From NCBI GenBank assembly GCA_965237955.1, contig OZ250169.1, forward strand, positions 480,001-544,000: DNA of 64,000 nt, written 5' to 3'. The notes beneath the pieces are model-generated. The model saw only the letters and a list, made by a program, of their open reading frames with translations. It ran no database searches and was not told the origin of the DNA. Shown here piece by piece: positions 42,777-52,453 of this stretch; positions within the stretch are counted from its first letter, which is position 1, and each line of letters begins with the position of its first letter. The position numbers were made by a program, and so were the translations under genes. This DNA is from Candidatus Marinacidobacterales bacterium. GTDB lineage: Bacteria; Acidobacteriota; Vicinamibacteria; Marinacidobacterales; SMYC01.

Positions 42777-44438
42777 ATGAAGAAAATCCGCTGTGCCATC
42801 TATACGCGAAAGAGCGCGGAAGAAGGTCTCGAGCAGGAGTTCAACTCCCTCGATGCGCAGCGAGAAGCCTGCGCCGCGTATGTCGCGAGCCACAAGGCGG
42901 AAGGCTGGGTGCTGCTGCCAACCGTCTACGAGGACGCGGGGATCTCGGGAGGAACCCTGGAGCGCCCGGGCCTACAGCGCTTGCTCGACGACATCGACGC
43001 AGGTCTCGTCGACCAGATTGTGGTCTACAAGGTCGACCGGCTGACCCGTTCCCTCTCCGACTTTGCAAAGCTCGTCGAGCGGCTCGAGGCAGCCGGCGCG
43101 GTTTTCGTCTCGGTGACTCAGTCCTTCAACACCGCGACCAGCATGGGACGACTGACGCTGCATATGCTGCTGTCCTTCGCACAATTCGAACGCGAGGTCA
43201 CGGCCGAGCGGATCCGCGATAAGGTCGCTGCCTCCAAGCGCAAGGGACTATGGATGGGCGGCCGCGTACCGCTCGGCTATGAGAAGGACGAGCGCACGCT
43301 GCGCATCAACGAGGCTGAGGCCGAAACGGTCCGGACGCTCTATGCGCTGTACCGGAAGCACGGAACGCTCCGGCAGGTGAAGGCCGAGGCGGACCGTCTG
43401 AGACTGCGCACCAAGCAACGCTTCGCCGCGGATGGAACCCGGACAGGCGGGCTGCCGTTCCGTCGCGGACACCTTCACTGCCTGCTGACCAATCCTCTCT
43501 ACGCCGGCCGCATCCGGCACCAGAGGCGTGTCTACGAGGGCCAGCATCCATCGATCATTGCTCCGGAGCTCTGGGACGCGGTCCAGGCGCAGCTGCAGGC
43601 AGGGGCTGCCAAACCAAGGAGACGCACGACGAAGGGCCGTGCAGCCCGTTCCCCACTGGCAGGCAAGCTCTTCGACGAGACCGGGGACCGGCTGACGCCG
43701 AGCCACACCAAAAAGAAAAACGGGCAACGGCTCCGCTACTACGTCTCCCGGCGCCTCATCCAGCACAGTGGCCAAAAGGACCTCTCCGGCTGGCGACTGC
43801 CCGCCCCGATGCTGGAACAGACCGTCGTGCATCTCATCCGACAGCATGTGGATGCCACGACTTTCTCGGCCTCGTTGATCCACACTCCGACGATGCAAGA
43901 GCTTGCCTCGGTGCGTCGCTTTTTAGACGGGCTGTGTTCCGGTAGTGATGATGATAGTGCCTCGGCAGCCCCCCTGCTCCGTCTTATCCGGCGGGTCGAC
44001 ATCAGCCCCGGCTCTGTGTCCATCCTGCTCGACCGCAATACGTGCGCTGCTTGCCTCTCTATGGGGCCCGAGCGCATTCGCGAGGATGCACTCCGCATCC
44101 TCGCACCGTTCCGCTTGCGTCGACGCGGCGTCGAGACCAAGCTCGTTCTGGGCAACCCCACGAAATCCGTCGACCGCACACTCCTGCGCAATATCAGAAA
44201 CGCCCTCTCCTGGCTCGACCGAATCAAAGCAGGCAAAACCTATGAGCAGATTGCCACCGAACACGCCATCCCAACGGACCGCGTGCGCAAGGCAATCCGT
44301 TATGCCTTCCTGGCACCCGACATCGTCCGCGCCATTGTCGAAGGCCGCCAGCCCGTTGGGCTGACCTCGAGCTACCTCTTGCATCATCCACTTCCCGACG
44401 ATTGGGAGAAACAGCGAGTGCTCGTCAAAACGCTGTGA
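42777..44438 (+). CDS. Large serine recombinase
   Basis: CAIYTRKS, SLDAQREAC, VYKVDRLTRS, LLSFAQFERE, LTNPLYAG. Confidence 0.93.
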   Translation: MKKIRCAIYTRKSAEEGLEQEFNSLDAQREACAAYVASHKAEGWVLLPTVYEDAGISGGTLERPGLQRLLDDIDAGLVDQIVVYKVDRLTRSLSDFAKLVERLEAAGAVFVSVTQSFNTATSMGRLTLHMLLSFAQFEREVTAERIRDKVAASKRKGLWMGGRVPLGYEKDERTLRINEAEAETVRTLYALYRKHGTLRQVKAEADRLRLRTKQRFAADGTRTGGLPFRRGHLHCLLTNPLYAGRIRHQRRVYEGQHPSIIAPELWDAVQAQLQAGAAKPRRRTTKGRAARSPLAGKLFDETGDRLTPSHTKKKNGQRLRYYVSRRLIQHSGQKDLSGWRLPAPMLEQTVVHLIRQHVDATTFSASLIHTPTMQELASVRRFLDGLCSGSDDDSASAAPLLRLIRRVDISPGSVSILLDRNTCAACLSMGPERIREDALRILAPFRLRRRGVETKLVLGNPTKSVDRTLLRNIRNALSWLDRIKAGKTYEQIATEHAIPTDRVRKAIRYAFLAPDIVRAIVEGRQPVGLTSSYLLHHPLPDDWEKQRVLVKTL

Positions 44439-45491
44439 GCCTGCCAGCGCCCACTTCGTGAATGGGCTCGGTTAGCAGCAAGCTGCTCTCCGACACTGGC
44501 CTCCACCAATCAGACTCAAACTGGCCCAAATTCCCTGTCATGGTTTCCAGACTCGGATAGCTCCTTGTACTGGACCGTCTGCGGAGTCATCTTCGTTTCC
44601 TCCGTAAAACTCCGCTGGATGAATTCGAGGTTTGGCCAATTCGAATTCCGCTATTCGCCTTCTCCTCAGGCGCGATCTAGGCGTTGAGCGTCTTCTCATT
44701 GTCTGCGCGATTAAGTGGAAAAACGGCCCGATAAGCCCCAAAATCGCACCAAATTGCACGTTAATGGCTTGTTTAGCTCTGTTTCTGATCGTTTCCAGCC
44801 AAGAACCGGAAGCTCCACTCGAGCCTCCCGACTGCGATAGCCGGAAAGATGTTCCCGTCGACGAACATTTGCTGATGAGACGTAAAGCCTTTTGCGACAA
44901 TGAGTAATGGTCGGAGCCGCCTCCGGAGGGCTTACGACACGGCCCTCTTTCAAGCGTCCAGGAGGTTGAGATTGCCGTATAAAAAATTTGATTGAAGCAA
45001 ATTCGATTCCGGCTCGGAACGAGCACCCGTCGATGAGATGTGCGGGGACCAGCACGTGGTGGCTTCACGCTGTGGGCATCAGGGCTTCTCTGAGTTTTCG
45101 CTACATTGCCCCAACCACGCGCACGGCCAGAAGTTCGATCCTGACTCCCAAAATTGCCAAAATACCTTTTGCCGAGACCGGATGGCTCGAGACTGCACCA
45201 TCCGCCACCCAGTCTGGCCAATCGCGGCACTGCAGAGACGCGTGAGGTTTTCCGCGCGGTTTGCGGGGTTTTGCAGGATCAGGTGGCACCAGAGACGCGC
45301 TAGAAGGGCCGAACGGGCCTCATTTTCGGTATTTGTCTCTAATCTCGATTTTCGAGTGCCAAGTTTGCGCCAAATAAGGGAATAGGCGCTGACTGGACCA
45401 TCCGGGGGGCGGGAAAAGAGGCCGCCCGAAGGGTCCAGAATCGAGGTGCCGGGGCCACCTCGGCGTAGCTGGCCTAGCAAGTTCTGGTCCT

Positions 45492-45728
45492 CACCCAGAA
45501 CGCCTTCATCGAACGGTTCAACCGGACGTATCGCGAGGAGGTTCTCAACGCCTATCTGTTCACGTCCACGCACCAAGCGAAGCAACTCTCCGATGCATGG
45601 CTCGTCACCTACAACGAGCACCGGCCCCACGACGCGCTGGGCCGCGTACCGCCGCTCACCTACTTGGCGCGCGTCACATCACGCTTAGAGTCCAACTATG
45701 CGTGGTCCACTTGACGGGGAAGCTTACA
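45492..45728 (+). mobile_element. IS3-family (IS407-like) 3' remnant
   Basis: QNAFIERFNRTYREEVLNAYLF...YNEHRPHDALG; end GGGGAAGCTTACA. Confidence 0.8.
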
Positions 45729-45769
45729 GGGTGGGTGCTTCCTAGTCGTGCGTCGGAACATAGCGAGGC

Positions 45770-45983
45770 CCCGTCGTGTCCAAAAAACTTGAACGGCGCC
45801 GAGAAGTTAGAATCCTAGAGGCGTTCTTGAAATCCGCAAAAACTTTCTGCGGGTGCCGGGTTCGTGAGAGGCGATCGGCGAGCAGACCTCCGCTTCCGGG
45901 TTTTCCGTTTCCATCGAGCTAAATAGCACCGAATTCCTATGCGGTTTCGCGGTGGTAATAGTTGAGCAAGCCGCCCAATCGTC
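45770..45983 (-). mobile_element. rve element 3' remnant with family-B end
   Basis: RLGGLLNYYHRETA* on the minus strand, followed by end TTTTTGGACACGACGGG. Confidence 0.75.
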
Positions 45984-46779
45984 ATCTATGGCGATCCTCT
46001 GACGCGTCTTTGATAGACAAATATGAAAAGTCGAGCCGTTCGAGAACACCCTTCGTGCACTTTTCACAATAGTGATCTGCGGCAATCGAAACCATTCCCA
46101 ACGCGACGATGTGGTCGGGTAAATTCTCAACACTACTGTCGTAATGCTGATCCTCCCAATGTAGCCTGAAAAGGTCCACGGTTTCCACGACCTTTGAATC
46201 TCCGGTCGATTCATTGTACGTATGAAGCGCATATTCGACAGAACACTTGAAGCCGAATGAATGAATCCCACCGAGAATCAGCTTCAATTCCTCGACCGAT
46301 TTCTTAGTATGTCGACTCAACGTGTCTGCTTCAACATGAATGCCACTGCCTATGTCAGCACAACAGCACGAAAACACGCCCAAAACCACCTCTCGTTCGT
46401 TGGGGTTTATTCGGGAAAGGACTCGAAAAAATGAATTTGCGAGAGATCTCACGTGAGGTTGATCCTCAATCGAGACATCAAGATGTTCATACAAGCGATC
46501 TAGCACGGGCGGCAAGAAACTTGTGCGCAGTTTGCCTAGCTTTCGCAATGCAAGGTCGGCGAGCTCTGATGGCGTGGTTTGCTTCAAATCAATGAAACCG
46601 ACCGTGGCTGGCAATCCCGGGATCAGAGTATCATCAACCCTGGCAGGAAGAATATATTCTTCCTTTTGTTTCAAGGCTCGAGCTTGTGCGTTTTGTCTCT
46701 CATGGCTGGTCCAAACTTTGTCCGAGTATGCCTTGGAAGCAAAAAGAATGCAGTACTTTGCCCTTTCGGAATAGATGGT
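45982..46779 (-). pseudogene. TIR-domain protein, N-terminus removed by the IS
   Basis: Open frame from 46779: TIYSERAKYCILFASKAYSDKVWTSHERQNAQARALKQKEEYILPARVDD...GFIDL; in-frame stop just inside the IS. Confidence 0.8.
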
Positions 46780-48125
46780 TGTCCTTCATCATTATTGATC
46801 CAGCGGGAATGGTACCGCTGGTGGCCCTACGACGAACGAAGAAACCCGGGTCGGCGCGCGCGGGCACTTGCCGAGATCACGCGATCAATGGGCCGCGGAG
46901 CTGGACAACGCAATCGCGAGGGACCCCAGCAATCGACGCGCCGCGACTAAACTGGCTCAGGCGGCGTCGCGCCATTCGTAGCGGTGGTGGAGCCCACCCA
47001 CTCGCGGCAACGCGACGACTTTTGCGGTCGGTGATGGTCGGGGCGTGACGGGTCTTGAGTTCGGGGTGTCTTTGTCGAGACCCAAGTGGCAACGGTCCTC
47101 GTGGTAGTAGCTGATGTACAAGCGCATGAGCCGGACGAGATGCCGCTCACTGAGGACAACTACATGCTCTAACATCTCGCGGCGGCAGTTTCCGATCCAG
47201 CGTTCGGCGGTACCGTTTTGCCAAGGGCTGCGATAAGAAATGCGAACAGGCTTTGTGCCCATGGCCCTGATGAACTCCACCACTGCAGGGCTGAAAATCG
47301 CGTCGCGGTCAAAGACCAAGTATCGTGGTGCCGTGTCGTATGGGAACGCCTCGCGCAGTTGTTGAATCACCCACGCTGACGTGGGGTTGTACGTCGCGTT
47401 GAAGTGCAAGATATGGCGACGGCCGTGCTCGATGACGAAGAAGCCGTACAGCAGCCGTAGCGACGCCGTCGGTACGGCGAACAGATCCATCGCGGCGATG
47501 TCGTCCTTGTGGTTCCGCAAGAACGCAATCCATCGCTTCACTTCGTCGGGTTCGGCTCGGCGGCGCGGCATGTATCGCGACACCGTCATCTCGCTGACAA
47601 CGAATCCGAGCTTCGTCAGCTCAGCGTGGATACGAGGTGCACCCCAGCCGTCTTGGGCCATCGTGCGGACGAGACGACGGATCTCGGCATCAATCCGAGG
47701 TCGACCTGGATAGCGCGGACGGGAGATCCGAGCCCAGTATCGGCGGAACCGATCTCGATTCCACCGGGCGACCGTGTCGGCGTTCACGATAACGAGCCGG
47801 CTCGCCCACGCTGGCCACGAGCTTCGGAGCGCAACCCAGAATGCTCGGTCCGTGTCCTCGAGCGGTGGCCGGGGGCGCTCCTTCTTCAACGCCGTAACTT
47901 GCTGCCGCAGGGCCAGGTTTTCAATCACGAGGTCGGCTCGGCACCGACACATCGCCCGGATCGCACGGGCGCCGAGTGAGACGAGGAAGATGAGGACACG
48001 GAGCATGGCGGCAGAGTTTGCCGTCTCAAGACCGGGATCTCAAGCGGGAGATGCGCTCGTTGGCCGAGGCGTGAACGGTGCGTAAGTCCTTGATTTCAGG
48101 AGCGGACGGATATTGATGATGCACA
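46780..48125 (-). mobile_element. IS481-like rve element (family E), copy 2
   Basis: Inverted near-identical copy of 13805-15150. Confidence 0.88.
46957..48006 (-). CDS. Integrase core domain (rve) transposase
   Basis: Differs from 13924-14973 at two residues seen in the ORF track. Confidence 0.92.
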   Translation of the reverse strand: MLRVLIFLVSLGARAIRAMCRCRADLVIENLALRQQVTALKKERPRPPLEDTDRAFWVALRSSWPAWASRLVIVNADTVARWNRDRFRRYWARISRPRYPGRPRIDAEIRRLVRTMAQDGWGAPRIHAELTKLGFVVSEMTVSRYMPRRRAEPDEVKRWIAFLRNHKDDIAAMDLFAVPTASLRLLYGFFVIEHGRRHILHFNATYNPTSAWVIQQLREAFPYDTAPRYLVFDRDAIFSPAVVEFIRAMGTKPVRISYRSPWQNGTAERWIGNCRREMLEHVVVLSERHLVRLMRLYISYYHEDRCHLGLDKDTPNSRPVTPRPSPTAKVVALPRVGGLHHRYEWRDAA

Positions 48126-48343
48126 GGCGTTTGTCTTTCTTGTCCCGGGGAGGAAGCGAGTTCAGGACATCAACGACGCTTCGAGATCGATTTCACGCGC
48201 ATCGCCCTCGCGGTTCTGTCGCAGCGAGTTGCGATCTTCCTTTTTTGCGGACGACAGTCTCTCGAAATCAGGCTCAAGCTCTAGCACGCGAGCGGGCTAC
48301 GTGGCGGCCCCCAACATTTGATTGCGGAAGCACCCGATATCTG

Positions 48344-49480
48344 CTACTCGCTCTCGTTTGGCGCATCCTCACGAATGACGTCTGCGATGCTCGGGTTTAG
48401 CAAGCGCCAGCGTTGTCCGAGGCGCTCAAGATCGCCCTTCATGACTACGGGTGCCTTCTCCTTATGAGCCAAGACCGCCCGCTCGTAATCGGATTGTCTC
48501 AGAACAGCCTTAACAGACTGGTTTTGCCCTTCGATGGACGTCAGCAGAGTAACTGTCCCGTCCGTCTCGGCCTTGTCACGCTTCAATATCTGCACGACGC
48601 CACACAGGCTCACATCTGGGTGCGGTTCGCGTTCGCGGAACGACCGTGCGGCTTCGCGCAAAATGGGAGCGTCGGTAGTGGCAAAGCCAATGACATCCCG
48701 GACCCGATCTATCGGGCGTGTCCGAGCCCAGGTCAGGCTAATATCCAGCGTCTCGAATGGTGAAATCACTTCAACGAGTGCCTCGCACAGATTGGCGCTT
48801 ACTCCATACTTCACAGCCTCTGAGAAAGCCTCGGCGTTTCCTCCGACCGTTTTCTCGGTCGCTTGGCGGGTAGCGGCAAGAGCGCCGGCTAGACGCTTTG
48901 TTATCTGCCTTTCGACTGGGTCGTCGTCTGGCGCCGATCCAGGGAAGAGGGGTTGCTGTATCGGTGGCGGAACAACAGGAGTCAACAGTGTGATAACGAA
49001 ACTGCCCTGTTCGGTCTGCCCCAAGCGCACTCGGTTCAAGTAGTCGCTGGCCTCTTTGTTTGCACCGGCCCGATAGAGGGGTTGCGAGTTCTGCAGTGAG
49101 CAGGCCGCGGCCAGAAGCATGTCGTGCGCGCCTCGCATGATGTTGATACCGTCGCTTGCAGCCACGCTGCCGTCGTTGCTTTCAGCAATCCGTAATCGTA
49201 TGACATCGCGGTCGGCCGTAACCAAGTCGCGATAAAGGGTGAGTTCGTCCATCTCGGCGACTTTCGCGAAAATCTCGATCAGCCGCGATACAATGCTAGC
49301 GTAGTCGCCAAGGCGCTGACTCCGCGGTAAAATAATCTCCGGCAATCCCTCCGAGGTATAAACATCGGAATGGTCGCCGTAGATATCGGTCTTGTTCCAG
49401 CCCGCAACGCGGGCATAGGTCGACAGAGCTCCTGGCGAAATTTCGATCAAAGCCTTCTTGTCCCGGATGCTTGCTCTCAT
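48344..49480 (-). CDS. Hypothetical protein, partner of the DUF4365 gene
   Basis: 378 aa; RLGQTEQGSFVITL, GVSANLCEAL; ATGA coupling with the upstream gene. Confidence 0.8.
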   Translation of the reverse strand: MRASIRDKKALIEISPGALSTYARVAGWNKTDIYGDHSDVYTSEGLPEIILPRSQRLGDYASIVSRLIEIFAKVAEMDELTLYRDLVTADRDVIRLRIAESNDGSVAASDGINIMRGAHDMLLAAACSLQNSQPLYRAGANKEASDYLNRVRLGQTEQGSFVITLLTPVVPPPIQQPLFPGSAPDDDPVERQITKRLAGALAATRQATEKTVGGNAEAFSEAVKYGVSANLCEALVEVISPFETLDISLTWARTRPIDRVRDVIGFATTDAPILREAARSFREREPHPDVSLCGVVQILKRDKAETDGTVTLLTSIEGQNQSVKAVLRQSDYERAVLAHKEKAPVVMKGDLERLGQRWRLLNPSIADVIREDAPNESE

Positions 49481-49980
49481 TCGATTTTACCTCCCCTGGA
49501 TTGCTTCATCAGCGCATGCAAACCTTCGACATCGAATAGGTTTGCCCTCGGGAGCTTGACGGTGACGGTCCATTGGTTGGTCGTTTCTTCGTATCCTTTC
49601 AAGTTGAGCCAATAGGCCCGATGTCTCACTACAAGTTCGTTTTCAGTGATCGTCATCCACTGATGCTCGTCGTTAGGCAAATCGAGCACCAAGAGTAGCC
49701 GCGGCGTTTGGGTCTCCACGCGCAGTAGATCGTAGTTTTTTCGCTTCAGTGGGAACCGGAAACACCCGTCGTCCTTCGGTTCACCAAGATTGACGGTAGC
49801 CTTTAGCTGCAACTCAAGTGCGGCTCGCATCTCGCCGCCGGCCTGGATTCGTAGATCGACGCCATCTCGATCCAGGTCATAGTTGGCTGTGACATAACCG
49901 GCGCGCGCCGCAACGGCCTCCGCGTAGACGCGGGACAAGGCTTCTTCCTGGTCGGGGGATGTCAGCAGCGCGTCGGTCAT
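49477..49980 (-). CDS. DUF4365 PD-(D/E)XK-like protein
   Basis: EALSRVY...AVAARAG...DRDGVDL...LELQLKAT...PRLLLVL...AYWLNL. Confidence 0.8.
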   Translation of the reverse strand: MTDALLTSPDQEEALSRVYAEAVAARAGYVTANYDLDRDGVDLRIQAGGEMRAALELQLKATVNLGEPKDDGCFRFPLKRKNYDLLRVETQTPRLLLVLDLPNDEHQWMTITENELVVRHRAYWLNLKGYEETTNQWTVTVKLPRANLFDVEGLHALMKQSRGGKIE

Positions 49981-50230
49981 GCAATGGCCTCTGCGAGCGG
50001 CCCGGGTAAGTTCTGGATGATGCGAGCGGTTTCCACGCTGACATGCACGATCCGGCGGAGCGCGACGATCAGATCCCGTGGATTCTCAAACCAGCTGTTG
50101 GGATCGTTGGCGATAAGATTCGTCCTTTCATCGTCGGAAAACCGCATCGCTCGCTCGCCGACCCGGAAATGCTCCGGCCGGGACTCCCCGGATTGCGTGA
50201 ACCCGATGTCCAACGGGTACTCCCTCACAA
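49977..50230 (-). pseudogene. Type ISP R-M enzyme C-terminal remnant
   Basis: FRVGERAMRF...IANDPNSW...LRRIVHVSVETARII..LP. Confidence 0.7.
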
Positions 50231-50259
50231 GTATCATAACCGAGATGGATCGATCATCT

Positions 50260-50810
50260 CAAATTCCCTGTTTTCAGGGTTTCCAGCGGAGACCGGATAG
50301 CTCCAAACTGCCCCATCCGCCACCCAGTCTGGCCAATTGCGGCCCCGCAGAGACGGGTGAGATTTTCCGCGCGGTTGGCGGGTTTTTCAAGATTAGGTGT
50401 CACCAGAGACGCGCTAGAAGGGCTGAACTGGCCTCATTTTCGGTTTTCGTCTCTAATCTCGATTTTCGAGTGCCACGTTTGCGCCAAAATGGGAGACGGG
50501 TGCTGACCGGGGACCTTGCGGGCAGCGGAAAAGAGGCCGCCCGAGGGGCTCAGAATCGAGGCTGAGGTTACCGCGGCGTAGCCGGCCTAGCACGTTCTGG
50601 TCCAGGTGCGGCCCGGGCCTGGATCCAGGTCTCCGCCCGAGAGCGTGGCATCCCGTTGCTGGACGGTGTTTTCCCTGCGCGTGCGGAGAACCCAAATCGC
50701 CGACATCGCCTCCGACACGCCCCAGGTCTGGGGCTCGCCACGGGGCGATGACGATCGAAACGGCCCGGCACGCCAGTCTTGAGTCCGTTTGTGTTTTTGG
50801 ACACGACGGG
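50260..50810. repeat. Repeat R copy ending in a family-B end
   Basis: Collinear with ~3490-4070. Confidence 0.85.
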
Positions 50811-50929
50811 TTTCGTGACGTTGCGCTTCGACGACATTCCAGTGTCCCGCTTCCTCGTTCCGAGTGGAAACGTTACGTGACGCCTCGACGGGAGCGGTTT
50901 CCGATCCGCTGCCCTATGCCATTGGGTTA

Positions 50930-51165
50930 TGCCTTCTATTTATTCATCCGCGCGCACCGAACTTGATTAGTCTCCGGTCTGCCGGGACCATGCCGGCATG
51001 ATCTCGTCGTTTATTCGCGCTCTCGTCTCTGCCTTCAAGGCTCGTCGCGAGCTAGCTCTCGAGAATGTCGCTCTTCGCCAGTAGCTCGCCGTCCTCCGCC
51101 GTTCGGTGAAACGGCCGCGGCTCTCGAATGTCGACCGCGTGTTTTGGGTGCTGTTGCGGGTGCTT
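50930..51165 (+). pseudogene. rve transposase N-terminal remnant
   Basis: MISSFIRALVSAFKARRELALENVALRQ*LAVLRR...DRVFWV. Confidence 0.75.
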
Positions 51166-51201
51166 CCGCCATTAAGTGTTGGTGAGATGAAGCACCGCAG
51201 G

Positions 51202-52185
51202 TCAGACAGCTGAACGAACGTCGATGCTAGTAAACAAGACGGTGACGTGCTGCTCCTGATGATCGGTGCAGACACCTGAACCCGCAACTTCTGGCGAGGC
51301 TATTCTCATTTGTTTGCCAAAGAGAGTATCAAGCTTATGTTTGGCGCGAAAATCAGCCGGGTCTTTAAGCTGAAAAGACGCCGTGGGAAGAAAACCGAAC
51401 CGAAGCAAGTACCAGGTCGGACTTCCAGTAAATTCTATGCTACCCGTACCAACCTGTTCCCGGAGCGCTTCCAGTGATTCATAAAATGAGTCATCTCCAC
51501 CTCTCGGCAAGACTACGAGGCAATCCCGCATCTTCACAGACCAGCAAAGAAGCGGGGTACGCATCAAGGTAATGCCCTCATCGAGCGAAGACTCTGGACA
51601 GCGGAACGAAAAAGTCCTGATCACATTGGAATAAGGATCCAGTATTTTTCGTCGAACTGTTTCGAGGGATTTACTCTCCGCATACCGATAGCCTGCAGTC
51701 GAACCCAACAGTGAGAACACCGACAAATACGCGGACTTAAGCCAGCTTACCGCTGCGTACTCCGGCTTGGGACTCGTGAGCGTCAGAGTCAAGGTGGGCT
51801 TGGTCTTTAGCCATTCTCTCAGTTCCTCTGGCCGATGCCGGGGAGACGTAACCTTGCCCAACAAGCTACCGGCGAGATCATCAGTCAGGTAAACGGTCTC
51901 CAATCGCCCCAGGATTTCGATCGTGGCCTTGGGCGACCGAGTCAAAAGAGTAGCCGCCTGATCAACGCCTTGCCCGGCGCCAACGTTGCACCTGGTACAT
52001 GTAAGGCACATTGGCTTTCCGCCAAGGGCCTTCGGCGGCACATGCTCCAACGTAACTGTTTGGCCTTCTATTGCATCGGCTTCGGTAAATGCCTCTAGGC
52101 AGATAGGACACTTAGCGTTACCATCCTCAAAAAGAGTACGGCGAATTTCCTTGGTAGACCTGCTCGACACCAGACTGACTCCCAT
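51202..52185 (-). CDS. HNH endonuclease with uncharacterised C-terminal domain
   Basis: CPIC...TLEHVPPKALGG...LTCTRCN. Confidence 0.8.
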   Translation of the reverse strand: MGVSLVSSRSTKEIRRTLFEDGNAKCPICLEAFTEADAIEGQTVTLEHVPPKALGGKPMCLTCTRCNVGAGQGVDQAATLLTRSPKATIEILGRLETVYLTDDLAGSLLGKVTSPRHRPEELREWLKTKPTLTLTLTSPKPEYAAVSWLKSAYLSVFSLLGSTAGYRYAESKSLETVRRKILDPYSNVIRTFSFRCPESSLDEGITLMRTPLLCWSVKMRDCLVVLPRGGDDSFYESLEALREQVGTGSIEFTGSPTWYLLRFGFLPTASFQLKDPADFRAKHKLDTLFGKQMRIASPEVAGSGVCTDHQEQHVTVLFTSIDVRSAV

Positions 52186-52453
52186 CTTTAGCGGTTATCC
52201 ACCGAGAGCTCACACCAGCAAGGTCAAGTTATACTTTTCCTGTCAAATGTCCGCCTGGTTCCCCGAGTTCGGTTAGGCTGCAGCAAGGTACCGAGGCGCC
52301 GTATCCTATGGAATAGCAACCATCCACGAGATTCTCTCCCAGGAGCACTCGGGCGACGATTTCAATAGGGTAAGTCGTGCACGCCAATGGTTCTCTGTCG
52401 TCGAACCGTTTGGGCGTGGGCGGGCAGGGTGTTACATTCGGAATGGACCCGAT

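Noticed and set aside
24732-44438. CRISPR-associated transposon hypothesis
   Set aside because: Cas3 helicase and HD motifs and the adaptation genes are intact, no tnsABC/tniQ is present, and nearby transposases are generic IS types.
44538-45630. ORFs of 85-230 aa over 44.5-45.6 kb and other copies of repeat R
   Set aside because: No recognisable motifs, and frames are not conserved between repeat copies.
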